Shown here: positions 11,998 to 26,977 of the stretch, in pieces
Layout of the letters: every line of letters starts with the position of its first letter
Position numbering within the stretch: the first letter of the stretch is position 1
Assembly (NCBI GenBank): GCA_020536535.1
Contig: JAHLWZ010000791.1
Coordinates: 249,017-313,016 of the forward strand
Direction of reading: 5' to 3'
Length of the DNA stretch: 64,000 nt
DNA from: Pelomyxa schiedti
Lineage: Eukaryota > Protista > Evosea
The notes under the pieces: model-generated
The model's database searches: none
What the model saw: the letters and a program-made list of their open reading frames with translations, nothing else
Told to the model about the DNA's origin: nothing
Made by a program: the position numbers and the translations under genes

Positions 11998-14900
11998 ATG
12001 TCTAAGTTTTGGGCGACGGAAAACGGCTCCGACGAGGAAGATCGCAACGAAGAAAATGAGGATCGCAACGACGATGGCGGTGAAGAGGAAGAAGAGGATT
12101 TGATGGGAAAACGTTCCGCAACTCCGTCTTCCACTCGCGTCGAGGAAGCGAAGCCAAAGAAGTACGTGTTACGGGGAACACCCTTTTTTCCCCCTCTCCC
12201 CCTTTTTTTGGGAAGAAACTATTGGGTTTTTTTTTTCCCCCAAACAATGGCATTACCTGCCCAAGTATGTAATTTCCTGCACAGGTCTATGTTCTCCGTT
12301 GAGGACTCTGACAGCGACGAAGGCGAGACGAGACGCGTTGTTGTAAGTCACGCGCAGAAGAAAGTTCAAGAGTTCAAGGCTGTTATCAAAGCCATTGGTG
12401 CGCACGCCAAGGCGGACGCATGGGGTGAAGTGTCTAATGACTTGGATAAACTTCTAAAAGTAGAAGCCCTCACCAATGAATGCCTTCTATTGATCCCACA
12501 CTTTCTCTTTCTTCTACAAAATAGCTTGGGGCCAAGCCCACCAACTCTTTCAGTAAGGAAGTATGGCCTCCACGTGATCTGCTTCATGGTTTGTCCAAAA
12601 TTCAGTTCTTGTACACCACCAGAGAGCAAGACACAGATACAAAGCTTCCAGGCCAGTGTGTCAAGTAAGTCGGTTTATTTGAATGCCACAATAAGTAACG
12701 TGCCTTCAGAATATTCCGAGCCATGAAAACACGCATGAAGAAGATTTATGCCCCATTTGCTAAAGATCTTGCTCTGTACAACGCAGATCCTGACGAGTCT
12801 GAGATAGAACCCGAGGAACCCAAAGACTCCGATGTTGATGAAAATGAGGACGAATCCCCAGAACCAATTCAGAAAGAGCCTGAGGAAGATGAAGGTGAGA
12901 CTGAAGAAAAGCCTGCTCCTGCTGGTAGAAGTAAATGGACCAAGAAGGCTAAAGCAGATAGCGAATCGAGTGAAGATGAGCAGAAGGATGAACCTGAGAC
13001 TAGTGATTCTGATGACTTCATGAGGCCAAACAGGCCTAGGACACGTGAATACTGGCTGAAAAGACCAGCTAAAAAAGAGGTCGAGGTCAAAGCAGACTCA
13101 GAAGTAGACGAGCCTGAACCTACAGACGAGGTTGATGAACTACCCACTGAAGAAATTGATGAGTCTGAGTTACCCCCTGATGAGGAAGTTGAAGTTATTG
13201 ATGAAGAAGAACAACAGAGAAGAGACGAGGCAGAGGCCCGCAGAAAGCGGAAAGCTGCTAAAGCAGAAGCCAAGAAAGAAGAAATGACACCAGATGCCAT
13301 CCTCAAACAACTTGAAGAAATATGTTCGTCTCGAGGAAGGAAAGGTGTGAAGCCGTTGTTACAAGCTGCTAGGCTTTCGCGTTACCTCAAGCATGCTATT
13401 CAAATTCGAGATTGGAAGCTTGCTCTCCGCTTGTCTGTTGTACTGACTGCTGTAGAGTTTGATACAACTCCCCGTAGTGCAGAGTTCATGCTTACCAGTG
13501 AGTGGAACAAGTGTGTGTCCACATTGATCAAGGTGTTGGACATTCTTGATCAAGATCGCTCGTTGGTTGTCCAAGAAGGTAGTAACATAACTCTAACGGC
13601 TATATGGTCTTCTAATTTTTTCACAGAAAATGCGCCAGTAGCAGAATCTCAAGAGGGGGAGGCTGGGATCACCAAACTCAGCATTCTTACTTTCATTGAA
13701 CGATTGGATGACCAATTCATCAAATCTTTGCAACATTTAGATCCACACACATCGGAGTATTTACAACGCATGAATGATGAGCCAAGCCTGGTTTCATTGG
13801 CACAACATGCTTACACGTACTACGTCCGTGTAAAAAATGCCCGTAACGCTGCCCGATGTGCACTGGTGGCACTACAGCATACTTATTACCGACGCCCAGC
13901 AGCAAATCCCTCTCCGACTACTATAGCAGCCGAAGCAAAACAGCAAGAGCTGGTGCATGAACTGTGCTCATATATTATTAATAACGGCGAGGATCGTATT
14001 CGTGCTCGTGCAGTTTTGTGCCGTGTATATTATGATGCTCTCCATGATTTATTTTACGAAGCCCGTGACCTGCTTCTCACGTCTCATCTACAAGAAGTTA
14101 TTTCCGATATGGACCACACACATCAAGTATTGTTCAATCGTTCCATGGTTCAGTTGGGTATGTGCGCGTTTCGAAAAGGTCTTGTCTATGAGGCCCATGG
14201 CTGCCTTCAGGATATGTATTCAGGGACCCCCATAAAAGAGCTTCTTGGCCAAGTACATTTCTTTTCTTCTTCCAGCTTGAGTTAACACTATGAAGGGGTT
14301 TTCACAACAACTTACGCGAATGCAAGAGAGAGACCCTGTTTTAGAACGGATAGAGAAAGCTCGCCAAGTTCCTTATCATATGCACATCAACTTGGAGCTT
14401 GTGGAAGCATGTTACCTTCTTGCAGCAATGCTTATAGAGATTCCTGGCATGGCTGCCCAGCTACACGCTTCTCACGGCGTTCCTGACCCAAGCCTCCGAA
14501 AGAGACAAGTAGTAAATAGAAATTTCCGGAGACTCATCGAGGCTGCTGATAAGCAACCGTTTTATGGACCACCACAGTATGTGAGGGAGGTGGTAGTTGC
14601 AGGTGTGTTCCCTCCCACCACACAACACACGTCTGACGAAAATAACAGCTTCACGCCATCTACGATCATGTGATTGGAGAAAATGCACCGATCTAGTGCT
14701 TGGTCTAAAAGCATGGTCCTTCATCACACCAGCAGCATCATCTGCAGCACTGAAAACACTTCTGAAGTCAAAGATCCAAGAAGCAGCCTTCAAAACATTC
14801 TTATTCCACAACTCCCGCTTCTACACTTCAATCACTCTCGCAAGACTCTGCGAGCTGTTTGACCTTCCACAAAACATCGCACACAGCATCCTATGCAGGA

Positions 14901-15275
14901 TGCTTAGCAACGAGGAGCTTATCAACGCATCGCTAGACCAACCATCCAACATACTTGTGTTCCACCCACCCCCAACACACACCCAAGCAGTGTCACTAAT
15001 GCTCGCCGACAAACTCGCATCGCTTGTGGAGAACAACGAGCACGTGTTTGAGACCCGCACCGCGTCACTTGCACCACCACCACCCCCGCAATCATCATCC
15101 ACAGGCTCGTCCTCATCATACTTTGGAGGCTACAGAGGCAGGCAATCCAGAGGGGAAGACCAGAGTGAATCGGGCAGCACTGGCAGGTATGGAAGAGGCA
15201 GAGGAGGAGAGAACAGATACAGAGGAGGGGCAACACAACGGCCCGGCCGACTCCCTGACAACTCATGACCAATGA
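11998..15275 (+). CDS. EIF3C: Eukaryotic translation initiation factor 3 subunit C
   Basis: MSKFW..GSDEED N-terminus; LFNRSMVQLGMCAFRKG; RQVPYHMHINLELVEACYL; C-terminal PCI domain and RG-rich tail. Confidence 0.93.
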
Positions 15276-15466
15276 CCCTTCACAGGCAGTAACAAACAAC
15301 AAAAAAAAAAATTTCAGGCTAGGCAAGTGTTGGTCTTTTTTTTATTCTTTGTTTTTGCTTGCACAGAGGTTGGGTGGTTTTTGTGGGAACACCACAGGTG
15401 CTTGATACCAACAGTTTTATTTTTTTTTAGGGTGTTCCTTTGCCTAGTTCTTTCTCATACATCAGA

Positions 15467-16123
15467 ATGGCTGTGTATGTTTGCCACGTGATAGCAGGAT
15501 CGCGCAGAACATCACCACTTATTCCAGCCTTATTGGTGGCACAGTGAGTAACAAATGTCCTCACATCCCAGTTGTTGTCAGTGGCTACCTATTTGGGTGT
15601 TGGTTGTTAGGGAATGTAGTGACCTGCAACACAGAAGGTGTTGGGGGATGCTTTTTCACTAATTAGTGGAAGGAATTTTCACCTGAGGAAGATAGGTGCC
15701 ACTACGCCAGCCTTTGGTTACAATTATACCATGTTCACCTACGCGGACTTGGCGCAGTGGATCAATAATCTTAACTGGTGGTGTCAGAACTGAGATACAT
15801 ATATCTATTTGGTTCCTTAAAGAATTGGTTATTCTGGGGGTTACATATTTTCTATTTGTCTAGAGACACACGGACACAAACCTGAATTCTTGGCTAGAAA
15901 TTTTCTTGAACCGATCATCAGAGAGTGTTTCTACAGCCCTGGATTCAACAACCTTTTAGAATTCAATAAAAAGCCCATTTCCTTCTTTGCTACACTCTAT
16001 TCAATAGCTACCTCATACAAGGGCTCGTCTGGGGTAAAAATCCCAATACATCCCCTTAAACGGCCATCGTTTTCATATGTAACAAAGCACCCTCCACATT
16101 GCCTGTCCACTCCTAATCGCTAG
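15467..16123 (+). CDS. Possible small multi-exon hypothetical gene
   Basis: Short open stretches separated by GT..AG candidates (e.g. FGYNYTMFTYADLAQWINNLNW). No homology recognised. Confidence 0.25.
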
Positions 16124-16484
16124 CAAATTCACCAAGTCAGCAAAGGAACCGCCAACCAAAAAGGCCACCGAAAGCAACAAAAACAAAAGCCCATAGGCAC
16201 ACTAAGAAGTGACTCCAATAACAAACCACTGGGGGCACACCCTGGCCTGAGCCTCGAACGATGGAGTGGGGGTGTGATCCAAGTAACATTGTGCTGCTGT
16301 ACGTGCAACGTAGAGCAGGAACCTCTTCTGTTCCTCGTTGAGTGTCAGTGACATTGGGGGATTGGCTTGGGTTAGACGAAAATTGAAGGGTGATGAAGAG
16401 TATGAAGGCTCTCTCGGGAATTGGGGTATATTTCTTGTATTGCATTGGGGCTTTTTTTTTCCCCTCCATTACTATTATCCGTCA

Positions 16485-17398
16485 CTAGGGTTTCTTGGCT
16501 ACTCGGCTTTTCTTGGAGGATGGTGCTAGTTTGGGACTTGCGGTGGTTGTGGTTGTGGATGTGGATGTGCTGGCTGAGGGTGGGGTCTTCCTTTTTTCCG
16601 GTGCTGATTTCTTGGTGTCTGTTTTGGGGGGTTTGATGGCTTTTGGTTTGACGGGTGCTGTGGCTTTCGGTTTGATGGTTTTTGGGGTGCTTTGTTTGGT
16701 GGTTGGTTGTGCCTTTGAGGCGGTTGGCTTCTTTACCTTTTGAGTTACGGCTGTGGTTGGTGTGGGGTTTTCGTTTGTTGTTGGATTTGCCTCTGGTGTT
16801 GGCTCTGCTGTTGAATCAATTTCTTTTTCTGTTGTGTCAGATGAATTCGTATTTTGCTTTCCGACTCCGTGTTTTATAAATCTTGCAGCAGCTTGCTGGT
16901 CGATTCTCGCAGCTGGGAGTAAATTGATTAAAAAAGATTGTATTGGTAGGTATGCCTTTGGCCCTGTTTGTCAAGTCCTTCAATTTCTCGAAGTACTCTT
17001 TAATTCTCCCCTGACCCAAGAAAATTCGCTCAATTTAAGTCATTACAATAGAGAAAGCTGTACCATCTCGGCTACTACTGGGTGATTTTGGGTAGATACT
17101 CCTTGAGTCTTTAAAAACACTTGACGAACGTAAGTAATAGCGAAGTAGTGAACAGACAGGCCGCAGAAGCAAAGAATTAGCTCGAAAAAGATAAAAAAAA
17201 AAAAACCGAACTGTAAAACAGAGAGTTGATCGCGTAGGCCAAGGTCATGTGCAATTTTGCTTGGTCCACAGGTTGTAGTTTTTCTTTCAACTCTTGCAAA
17301 GACACCTCAAACAGAGGCTCCAACTGGGATTCCAGTTTAGAGATTGTGTCATCCACCTCCGTCAGCGTGTGCGTCACATCCTCCGGCACAAGGTCCAT
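16485..17398 (-). CDS. C1D: C1D/Rrp47 (Sas10/Utp3/C1D domain) exosome cofactor with K/P/T-rich tail
   Basis: LEPLF...QAKLHMTLAYAINSLFY..YLKTQG..HPV, RIKEYFEKLK, and IDKQAAARFI motif. Confidence 0.85.
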
Positions 17399-17625
17399 CC
17401 CTCCGCTTTATTACCTACAATCAGATCTACACTCTGCAATTACCAAATTCCGCTACTGCAGGCAACGAGTGCCACATGACAAACCGAAGTAATTGGGCCA
17501 GGGCCCCATAATCTTGCCCAAGTGCGCTCTCGCTCGGTCCTCCGGCCCAGGCCCCAGCCAGGTCCGGCTCGATCAGATCTGTCAAACACCCGAACGGCAG
17601 CAGATCAGATTCGTCTAAAAAGAAA

Positions 17626-20600
17626 ATGAGTGCCGCTGCGCTGAGAAACTCGGCGTCGTCGCCACCGCCGCCCATGACGAACAAAACAGGCGGCAATGTG
17701 TGGGAGCCAGTGAGGGTGAGCGGAAGTGCGTCCGGGCCGTTGCCTCGTTCTTGGCATTCCGCTGTGTCACTGGGCTCCAAGATCTACCTCTTTGGTACAC
17801 CTTTTTTGGGGGTTTTTTTTTTTTTTTTGGGTTTTGGCTTTTGGCTTTTTGTTTTTTGTTTTTCCATCTCGTCTGGTTTTGGAGGTTGATGAAATGTAGG
17901 TGGTATTCGTGATGGCGCGGTGTGTGCAGACATGCAGATATTGAATTTAGGTTTGCATTGTGTTGGAGAGTACTTCTTGAGTTAAATAACATCTGGACAC
18001 GTTTAGAGGGACTTTGTGGGTGGAAGACACCGTCTTTCACTGGGTCAACCCCGAAAGCACGTTGTGGGCATACAGCTACATTAGTACCACGCAACTCCAT
18101 GCTTGTGTTCGGTGGTGCAGATAACCCCAATGGTGACGAACTGGCTCCACCTGATATGAATGTCTTAAATTTAGACACATTTGCATGGGGAAGACCAAGA
18201 ACCTCTGGTATGCTTTTGACCCCAGGCTTTCTTGTGTCACAGAGAAAATATAGGAAGTCCACCTGACCCAGTGTGTCACCACACTGCAATTTTTGTTGCA
18301 ACCAGTGGGAGTGTATTCTTTTTGTGTGGGAAAACCTCCAAGGGGCCAATTAATTCTTTCTACACCTATTCCACAAGTACACTTGTACACCATATTCATT
18401 TCAATTCACTTCTTTTTAAGATAATAGAGCATGGGCAGTTCTTCCCAAGCCCCCTCTGGCCCCACGGTACCATCACATTACTGTAGCAATGGGCAGTAAA
18501 CTGTATACTTTTGGTGGGACTGATGGAAAGATAATATTCAATGACTTCTGGTCCTATGAGATTGGTGTGCACATACTACAGGTACATGGTTGCTGATGAA
18601 GATGTAGGCTCGTCGCACTGGATGCAAGTCGCAGTGGAGGGAATCTGCCCTCCTCCACTTTATGGACACTCTGCAATTGTTGTAGCAAATCGAATCTTAG
18701 TTTGGGGTGGCCTCTCTGAACAAGGCCCGAATGAGAATATGTTCGCATTTGACGTTAATACTTCTCACTGGTTTCATGTGACCCCAGCATCGAGAGGGTT
18801 TGGAGGAGATTTTCCTGGTCCTCGAATTGGATTTGTGTGCACTGAGGCCAATCGAAAGGTTTACTTAATAGGTGGAATCCCCCCAAATGGCCCTTGTACG
18901 GCCCCGTCACTTGCCACACCTTTTGTTCTTTCTGCAGGTTAACAGCTTGCTTACTCTCCCAGCTGACAGGTTTTAGGCAAACTGGAATATCTTCCCATTT
19001 CTCCTCGTCCGGATACGAAATTATTATGTAAGCACTCACATTACTGTCATCACCTAACTTATTTTAGCCACTTCCTCAGAAACTCTGCAGGTTAATCCCC
19101 GCTTTAATTTTTTCCACCCTCCCTGTTTCTCATTTGAATTGTTTGTGTGAGTATTAATTCCACATTGCATGACTACAGTCCAAGACTCCAGATCTTAGGT
19201 CAACCTCGTTGACTACCTCCACCTCCCTCATGTAAGTTGCTGTCTTTTTGGAAGGTGTATAACACTACCTTTTAGTACCGAGCCAGCATCTGTGAGGCAG
19301 CAAACGCCTCCCCCGCACCATACTTCCGCGCAACTCCAAGTTGAGACCCATCCACCCCCTTCACATTCTCCTCAGATTCAGCGTCCTCTTCCACAACATC
19401 CACCTTCCTCAAAGCAGTCCTTGTCAGTGGTCAGCCCACCTATTCTCAATGAAGACAAAAACTCAACAGTTCTCTCCAAGTCAGCTTCCTCACCCACTGT
19501 GGCAAAAAAAGACATCCCAGAGAAAACCATTACAAATGTAATAAAACCAGCAGTAACGGGAACAGACACATTACCGCAATTGGATCTCCATCCCCCCACG
19601 AAGTTGGAAGTACAACCTATCAGCTCTGGGCCTAATGAAGTCGAGTTACTCCGAGCACAGTTGGTAGTAGCTCAAAGTGTCAAAGAGAATTTAGAATCCA
19701 GGCTTGCAAATATGCAGACACAACTGCAATCACTGGAACAGATCAAACTAGAAAGAAATGGCTTATTGGAATCAAAGGGATCTGCTTTACATACAGTTGA
19801 CACACTAAATACTGAGAAGGAGAAACTTCAGAAGCAGAACGCAGCACTTGAAGTAGAGAAGAGTAAACTAAGAGATGATTTTTCTGCATTGCAAGGAGTA
19901 ACCAACAGTTTGAAAGCCGAGTTTGCAACCAACAAAACTTTGTGGGAAGGAGAAAAGGAGAAGCTCCAACAAGAACTGTCGAAACTGAGCAAGGAATTTG
20001 CAGAACAGGCATCCTGTCTTACAAGTCTCTCCAAAGAGAAGATACACAGCGAGGCAGAGCTGTCCCAATTGAAGCTGCAACTCCAGTCAGAGAGCACTCA
20101 CACTCAAGAAGAAATAAACAAATTGCAGCGTAAACTTTCAGAGGAAGGTGCAATGCACACAGTGGAATTGACCAGACTCCGAGAGCAACTTACTCAACAA
20201 TCTTCCAGTGTGCCTTTGGATACTGAACACAAATTGACCTGCCTTCAAGCAGAAGTTGCACAGTATAACCAGCAACTGGCTTGCGAGAAAGAAGCTGTGT
20301 CAACATTATCAAAGCAGTTGTCGGAAGCAAGAGTACAACTTAGTGAGGGAGAAGACAAATACCGGAAACTCCTTGACGAGAAGACAGTGCAACAAAAGGC
20401 GTTGAAAGAGGCCGTTGACAATTACACTGACCTCACAACCAAGTTTTCTAATCTCAAGACACTGCAGGAAGTTACTTCAAGGGACCGGGATGAGTTGCAC
20501 ACCCAGATAGCACTTCTGAAGGAAGGCCATACCCTCCTCACACAGAAGCATAACAGTTGTGAAACTACATTAAAAGAAAAACTGCAGCTCATTGAAAAAT

Positions 20601-23600
20601 TAAGAACAGAAAAAGAACAGATAGAACGAGACCGGGAGATGGAAAAAACCATTTTGCCAAGTGATGCACAGCAAAGCATTCTTTTAGAGCAGATGCAATC
20701 ACAAGCTGTTCAATTGACTGAGCTCCACCTCCGACTTGGGGATGTGGAAATGGAAAAAGATCAACTTCAACAAAAATATGAGGTGATGTTACTCACTCAA
20801 GGAGAACCGAATTCGAAGCTAAAAGATCCTGGAAGTGAAAGCATCTCTCAAAATGTGGCTTTGCACCGAGAAAGTGAGCTCCAGACTCAACTTGCTGCTG
20901 TTGAAAAGGAAAGAGACACCCTCAAGTTGGAATTATCCAAAGCGCAGGAGAAGTTGCTTCATTCTGAAACAATTCAGAAAGAATTAAATGAAGCGTTAGT
21001 AAAGGAAAAAACCTCCCATAAACCTGAAGACCCACCAAGCACTGAGCAGCTTGAAAGGGTACAACGTCGTCATGAATTAGAAGTCTCCTCACTTCAGATC
21101 AAACTGGATGAAGCACTAAATACCATTTCAAAGCAGGCTTCCACGGTCTCGGAAACAGAAATGGAGCTTGAACACCAACGCCACCAATGTGAAGAGCTAC
21201 GTGGTACTGTAAGTAAACTAAATAGCAAAATCCAAGAAAATGAGAGCAAGTTGAATCAAAATGAAGCTTCAGCTTCACGCAAAGAGCTGGAAGTGATGCA
21301 CACCTTATGTGACCTACTGCACACCAATGCCGATTGTCTTATCGACAATGTTACAACATTACAGAAAGACATTCAACAAAGGCAGACATCTTGTGAAGAG
21401 AAGGATGTACAATTAGCGAAGCTCACTGACGATATTGTTGCACTTCGCAATACTAACTCATCACTTGAAGGCAGAATGAAAGAACTCACTGTTTCCGTTG
21501 AGGAGAATAAGCAAATACTTAATCAACTGGAAACAGAAAAAATGGCATTTGTGAAGCAAGTTGCTGACCTCAGTAGCCGAACTGATGAATTGAAAATACT
21601 CTCTCAAACAATGACGGTGGAGCGTGAGAATCTTCGTTCAGAGTTAGCTGATCATATTAAGTTGTTCAAGGAAAAGGAGGTGGAATATGCTAACAAGGTT
21701 CTTAAGTTATTGTTGTGACGTTCCTAACGCCATTTCAGCTAACAGATATGAAAAATGCTCTTGTTACTTCACAAGCTGAAAAGAAAAAATTGGTTTTTCG
21801 AAAAGGAATAGTAAAGTGATGTTAACCTAAATTTAGGAAGCCGACCTTGCTCGCCTTGAACAGGAAAATCGAGCAATCAAGGTTGAGGAGAAACATAATA
21901 AAACGAAAATGGTAATTCAACTTCGCTTATTGTCTAAAGACAGATGTTGACCGCGCTGTGACGAGAATCTGCCAAGTGACAACTGAAAATGTACCATCTC
22001 ATTGGCCACCCGTAAATAACCTTTTGTTTATTAACAGAAAGGCCTTGAACACTCTACTAAGCATCTTCAATCACAATTTGACGAGGCTTCTGTCGAGAAG
22101 CTTGACTTACAGACAAAGTTGGAGAAGCTTACAGTAGAACACTCTGAAAAGCTCAATGAATTGAAGGAGCTTTCTGATAGCCGTGAACGAGAAATTTCTA
22201 CCCATAAAAATGATGCCCAAGATCTACAGACCAAACTTGAGAAGGTTGAGTCAGACTTGACTGTGAGTGCTACCACAATTCTGTCTTTGCAGCAACGAGT
22301 CAAAGAACTGACGGATGAGCTTCTTCAGTCCACTTCAGAACATACAGCAGCTCAGGAACTGTTGCAATCTCATATAACCCAGCACAGGGTGGAGCAGCAA
22401 GAGTTGCAGGCCAAGATAGATAGCCTAACCTCAAATGGTGCATCTGAGAAAAATGATTTAGATCTTCGGCTATTGCAGTCAAAGATAGAGCAACTGAACA
22501 CTGAACTTCTTTCCAGAACTCAAACATATGAAACAGAAAAAGCTAATATGCAACTGCAAATAGACAAACTCTCAACAGAGCTTAACAACTCTGTTTCTGT
22601 GAATGAAAATGCCAAGATATCCTTTGCTTCTCAGGTATCCGAGCTTAGGACCGAATTGGCACAGAAGGTCGAAGCTTGTGATGCCGTGAAAATTACTACA
22701 CAATCAACAATTGACCAGTTGACATCTGAACTGAGAGTCTTTCGTGCTGCAGAAAATACTTCCCATGATCAGAACAAAGAGCTCAATGAACGTCTCCACG
22801 CTATGGAACTGGAGATGGCAACGAAGCTAGAATCATCCGCTTCACAAATTCAGAAAATTACCGCCGAAAATTCTCATCTTAAGGTATTCAAAAGTGACTG
22901 TGTTAAATATCAAATAATAACCATCAACAAGGCGCAACTTGAGTTGTTGAACCAGACCAAAAAGGAATCCGATGACGCTGTTTCCACACTTCAAAAAGAT
23001 ATTCAAGACAAACTGAATGAGTCATCAGAGGAAGTTAAAAGACTGCAAGCTCGAAACACTGCACTCCAGGTTTCTTTTGTGTGCATTTAAACCAAAAGAC
23101 GTAATGTTTAATAGTCACAAATTGATGGATTGCTTCAGTCGAATTCTAAAGCTAAGGACGAGCAGGAATTGCAAGAAAGAAAATTAGAAATTGAGAATCT
23201 CGTCTTGAGTAATGCAGAGCTGCAGGCAATTTTCTTTTCCTGTTGAGTTCGTTAACATATTCTTTTTCTATCAATGTTTAGGAACAAAGGGACCTTTTGA
23301 AAAAGACCTTGGAAGAACTCGAACAGAACACAACTATATTCATGACTGAACTTGAAACTCTAAGAACAGTTGCACATCTACAAATCCAAAGCGTTGTTGA
23401 TCACCCCACAGGAAAAAAAAAATCATGAAGAAGAAGTTCTGACACTTCGCAATTCCTTAGCAACTCTTGATGAAAACTGCAAGCTACTATCCAATGTATG
23501 CTAACACCAATTCACTCCTCTAAGGATTTTCTAGGCACTTTCTGATCTGCAACAGCAACAGCAACAGCCTTCCGGAGGAAGTGTTGAAGTAGAAACACTG

Positions 23601-23840
23601 CGGCAACAAATCGACGTCCTAACACAAGAATTCAACAACCTACAAGAGAACCGCGACCAGTGGAAAGCAGCCGCCGAGGCAATGGAGCAACTAGGAAGGC
23701 AGTCAGCAGCAGAGCGCGATTCCACAATTGCCGAATTGACAATGCAAAAAGAAAGACTGGAAAACACACTAGCTTCCGTCGAGCAGAAGAACGATTCCCT
23801 TGACCGCATGCTCAAAAAGCTTGCTAACCTCAAAGTCTAA
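17626..23840 (+). CDS. Kelch-repeat N-terminus plus Pro-rich linker plus very long coiled-coil protein
   Basis: Kelch motifs PRSWHSAVSLGSKIYLFG, ARCGHTATLV..SMLVFGG and PPLYGHSAIVV..ILVWGG. E/Q/K/L-rich heptad exons follow, including an 808-aa open stretch at 19292-21718. Stop TAA at 23838-23840. Confidence 0.75.
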
Positions 23841-23945
23841 CAACATACACTACACCCACAAAACACCTGTAACAAAAAGAACTTTAGATTTTTTGAATAA
23901 GAAAATTTCCAAAATTTCCTTCTGTATTATTAACAACGAAATTAA

Positions 23946-26900
23946 ATGCAGCGGACGACATTAGAAACGAAGGTTTGCAGAGTGACACCCTTGCATTTTT
24001 TGTGTTAGGCCTTTATCTCATTGTGCATTAGTACCAAATTCTATTGAGCCAATTTGAACAGGTTTCTTTACCTTCCTGTTGTTGTTGCTTAAATGCTGCT
24101 AGTTGAAAGAAGACTTTACCTACAACCTCAAGTATTTTTTTTTCCTAACCGTACAAAACTGCACCTAATTACAAACAACATTGTGCCCACTATTTTCCCA
24201 TTTAGACTTCTGGAAGGAAGGGATGCCGAGCTCGAGTCGTATGTCACTTCTTTGCAGCAGTACAAAGAAGCACTAAGAGACAGAGACGTTGCCATATCTG
24301 ATTTGCGAGTTCATGAATCACAACTTGCTGAACGAGTGACACGAGCAGAGGGTGTGGTTTCCATGCAACGCTCGGCGCAGGAGGATATTTTGAGGCAGTT
24401 GAGTGAGCAGGCAGAAGTAAAACTTCCTGATTCTCCAATTTACTTAGTCATGACTGAAATCCCACACTTAAGACACAAGCTCGTCAAATTAAGGCCCAAG
24501 CTGCTAAACAAATTGAGGATTCAACTTTGCAATGGCAATCAGAGCGGTATTGTCATTCTTACAATTTTTTTTTTCCCCTCAGATAATGGTATGAATAATG
24601 CAGTGAGGCACTGGAAGACCGTATCCATGTAATGCAGCAAGAACATGACATGGTACTAAATGATCTGAGAGCACACGCAGATCACACAGCTGGACAGTTG
24701 CACATCGCAAATGGCAAAATTGTGGCTCTGTCCAATCAGATAAAAAGGTGTGGGCAGAATGCAACGTATCAATCTTGAGCTCATGGACTCTAGATTAGAA
24801 TCCAGAGTATCAGAATTACAAGAACTACTCAAAGAAAAAGAAAGAAAGCTTAAGGAGCGTACATGGGAGTTGGAGGACTCCAAGCAATCAGCAGCTGCCA
24901 CGGAATTCCATTTATCTGGGGAACGGGAGCAAGTAAGTAAAGTATTTCTAGCCTATCCTTTACAGTGCTTCATAAGATACAAGAGCAATGGGAGCATTTA
25001 CAAACTGAATACCAAGCAAAAGTATCTGAGTTGCATATAAAGTTAGACACCGCCCAGAAGGTGTGTTGCTTAAAAATATATCGTTTCGTTCTTATATTAT
25101 TTTAGAGCTTAGATCTTCTCCGCTCAGAGCAAGAAATAGAAAATCAAAAAAGAGAGGAACATGCAGCAGAGCAGCATAAATCCTTCCAAGAACAATCTCA
25201 AGTAGGTCGATTTTACTCACGTAATCGTGTCAATTTCTTTAGAAACAATTAGAAACTTTCAAGTCCCAACTAGCAGGGTTACAAACTGAATGGAGGGAAG
25301 AACGGGATAACCTTAAGCAACTCAAGTGGGAGGTAACTCAATTTCAACTATTTTGCCTATTGAACGAAAACGAGGCAGAACATTTAGCAGAACAATTGTC
25401 AACAGCGCTGCAAGAAGAGATCTCTAAGCGGGCAGCTGCTACCTCTCAGGCAGAACTCAAAATATCATCTCTTTCAAATAAGGTTTGGCTCTTAAGAAAT
25501 CGAACCCAACCTTATATGGCTAAGCTTTTAGAAAAAGACCAAGAAATTGGAAATCTTCACAAACGCTTGGATGCCCAATCCATCAAAGTTGATACAACTC
25601 AGAAACTGAATGACAGCTTAAAGCTGGATATTGAGAAGTTGAAACAACAGCTTCTTGATTCTACTAACAAGGAGTCCCAGTTGCGAAAGCAACTACTCCA
25701 ACGTTGTCTTTACTTCTTTCTTTATTTGTTTCCCGTAACAATACTTCCAGAGCAATTGGAATTCGAAAAACAACTTGAAGAATTTGCCAAGTCCGCTCCA
25801 GGAGATAATCAAACAGACACCCAGTTGATCCTATCCTTACATAGGCAACGAGACTGCGCATTAGCATCGTTAAAGGTAATACCGTTGTGCCGTCTATGCG
25901 ATTGCAACCAATCTAGCAACAAGAAGAAGAAATCACAAGGCTTCAGTTAGAGTTAGAACGTGAACACCAAGAACTTCAACAAACTCGAAACAGTACTTCA
26001 TCCCAACTACAAGCCCAAGCACAGCACCACGCAGAAGAAATCAAGATTCTCCAACAGGATGTCTCGCGTCTTAAAGCAACCAGGGATGGTAGGTACCTCA
26101 CCTCCATGTTCCCTTCCTTGAATTACTACAGATATCGATGTACTCCAGAAACAGCTTAAAGAAAGTTCGGATTGCATTGCCCAACTAGAAGCAGAAAGGC
26201 AACAGCATATCTCGCAACTTAGAGACTTAGAAAGCAAAGTAACGCCAGAATCTTCACTACCCATTTCCCTTGTGCTAAAACACAAATAAAAAGAATGAAA
26301 GACTGGTTCTCGCCATGAAAGAAATGAGGCTTGAACTTGAACGTATCAACACCACGCCTCACCAAGGGGAGGAGCCAGAGCCTTATGTCTCCCTTTCCCC
26401 CCAGCTTTACGAAAAATCTCCGTCCGCATCCCCACACAAACAGAACGCGGCAGACAATTCCGCGTCTGTTCTAAATGATATCCAACAGCAGCTGCATTCC
26501 CTGAAGGAAATAATCTCTTCCAACCCACCACAGCTTCCGCACCCAGAGAATCCCGCAGATAATGGGGACCTTCAGTACCAACAACAGCAACGGGAGTTCG
26601 AAATTCCCAAAAAAACCCCAACAACACACAACCTCAGGTTACGGAAAAACTCAACACCATCCCTTATAAACAAAAACAACAACAGCCCAACAAACAACAC
26701 ACTCAACACAAGTAACCTTGTGGTTACTGGCCGTCAGCTCTTTCCCAACCCTAGACTCAATTCCCAACACAAAAAGTCCCCCACTAAGCCAGTAGTTCCA
26801 CCAACAACAAATGCAACTGCACCACTACCAACGCAAACAAAACAAACAGAAATGACTGCTCCCACAGAAGATGGGGAGAGAGAAAGACTGAAACAGCTGA

Positions 26901-26977
26901 GAAGACAGCTTGTATCTAAAATAAAACAGCAACAAACCACGAATAAGAACCCATCCAGTTTGGGGGGTCATAGTTAA
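23946..26977 (+). CDS. Coiled-coil hypothetical protein, multi-exon
   Basis: ATG at 23946 after an AT-rich gap; E/Q/L-rich heptad exons; N/T/P-rich C-terminal exon ending at 26977. Confidence 0.6.

Noticed and set aside
23900-23925. AAAATTTCC-like motif after several stop codons as a 3'-end signal
   Set aside because: Too few and too degenerate to distinguish from AT-rich background by eye.
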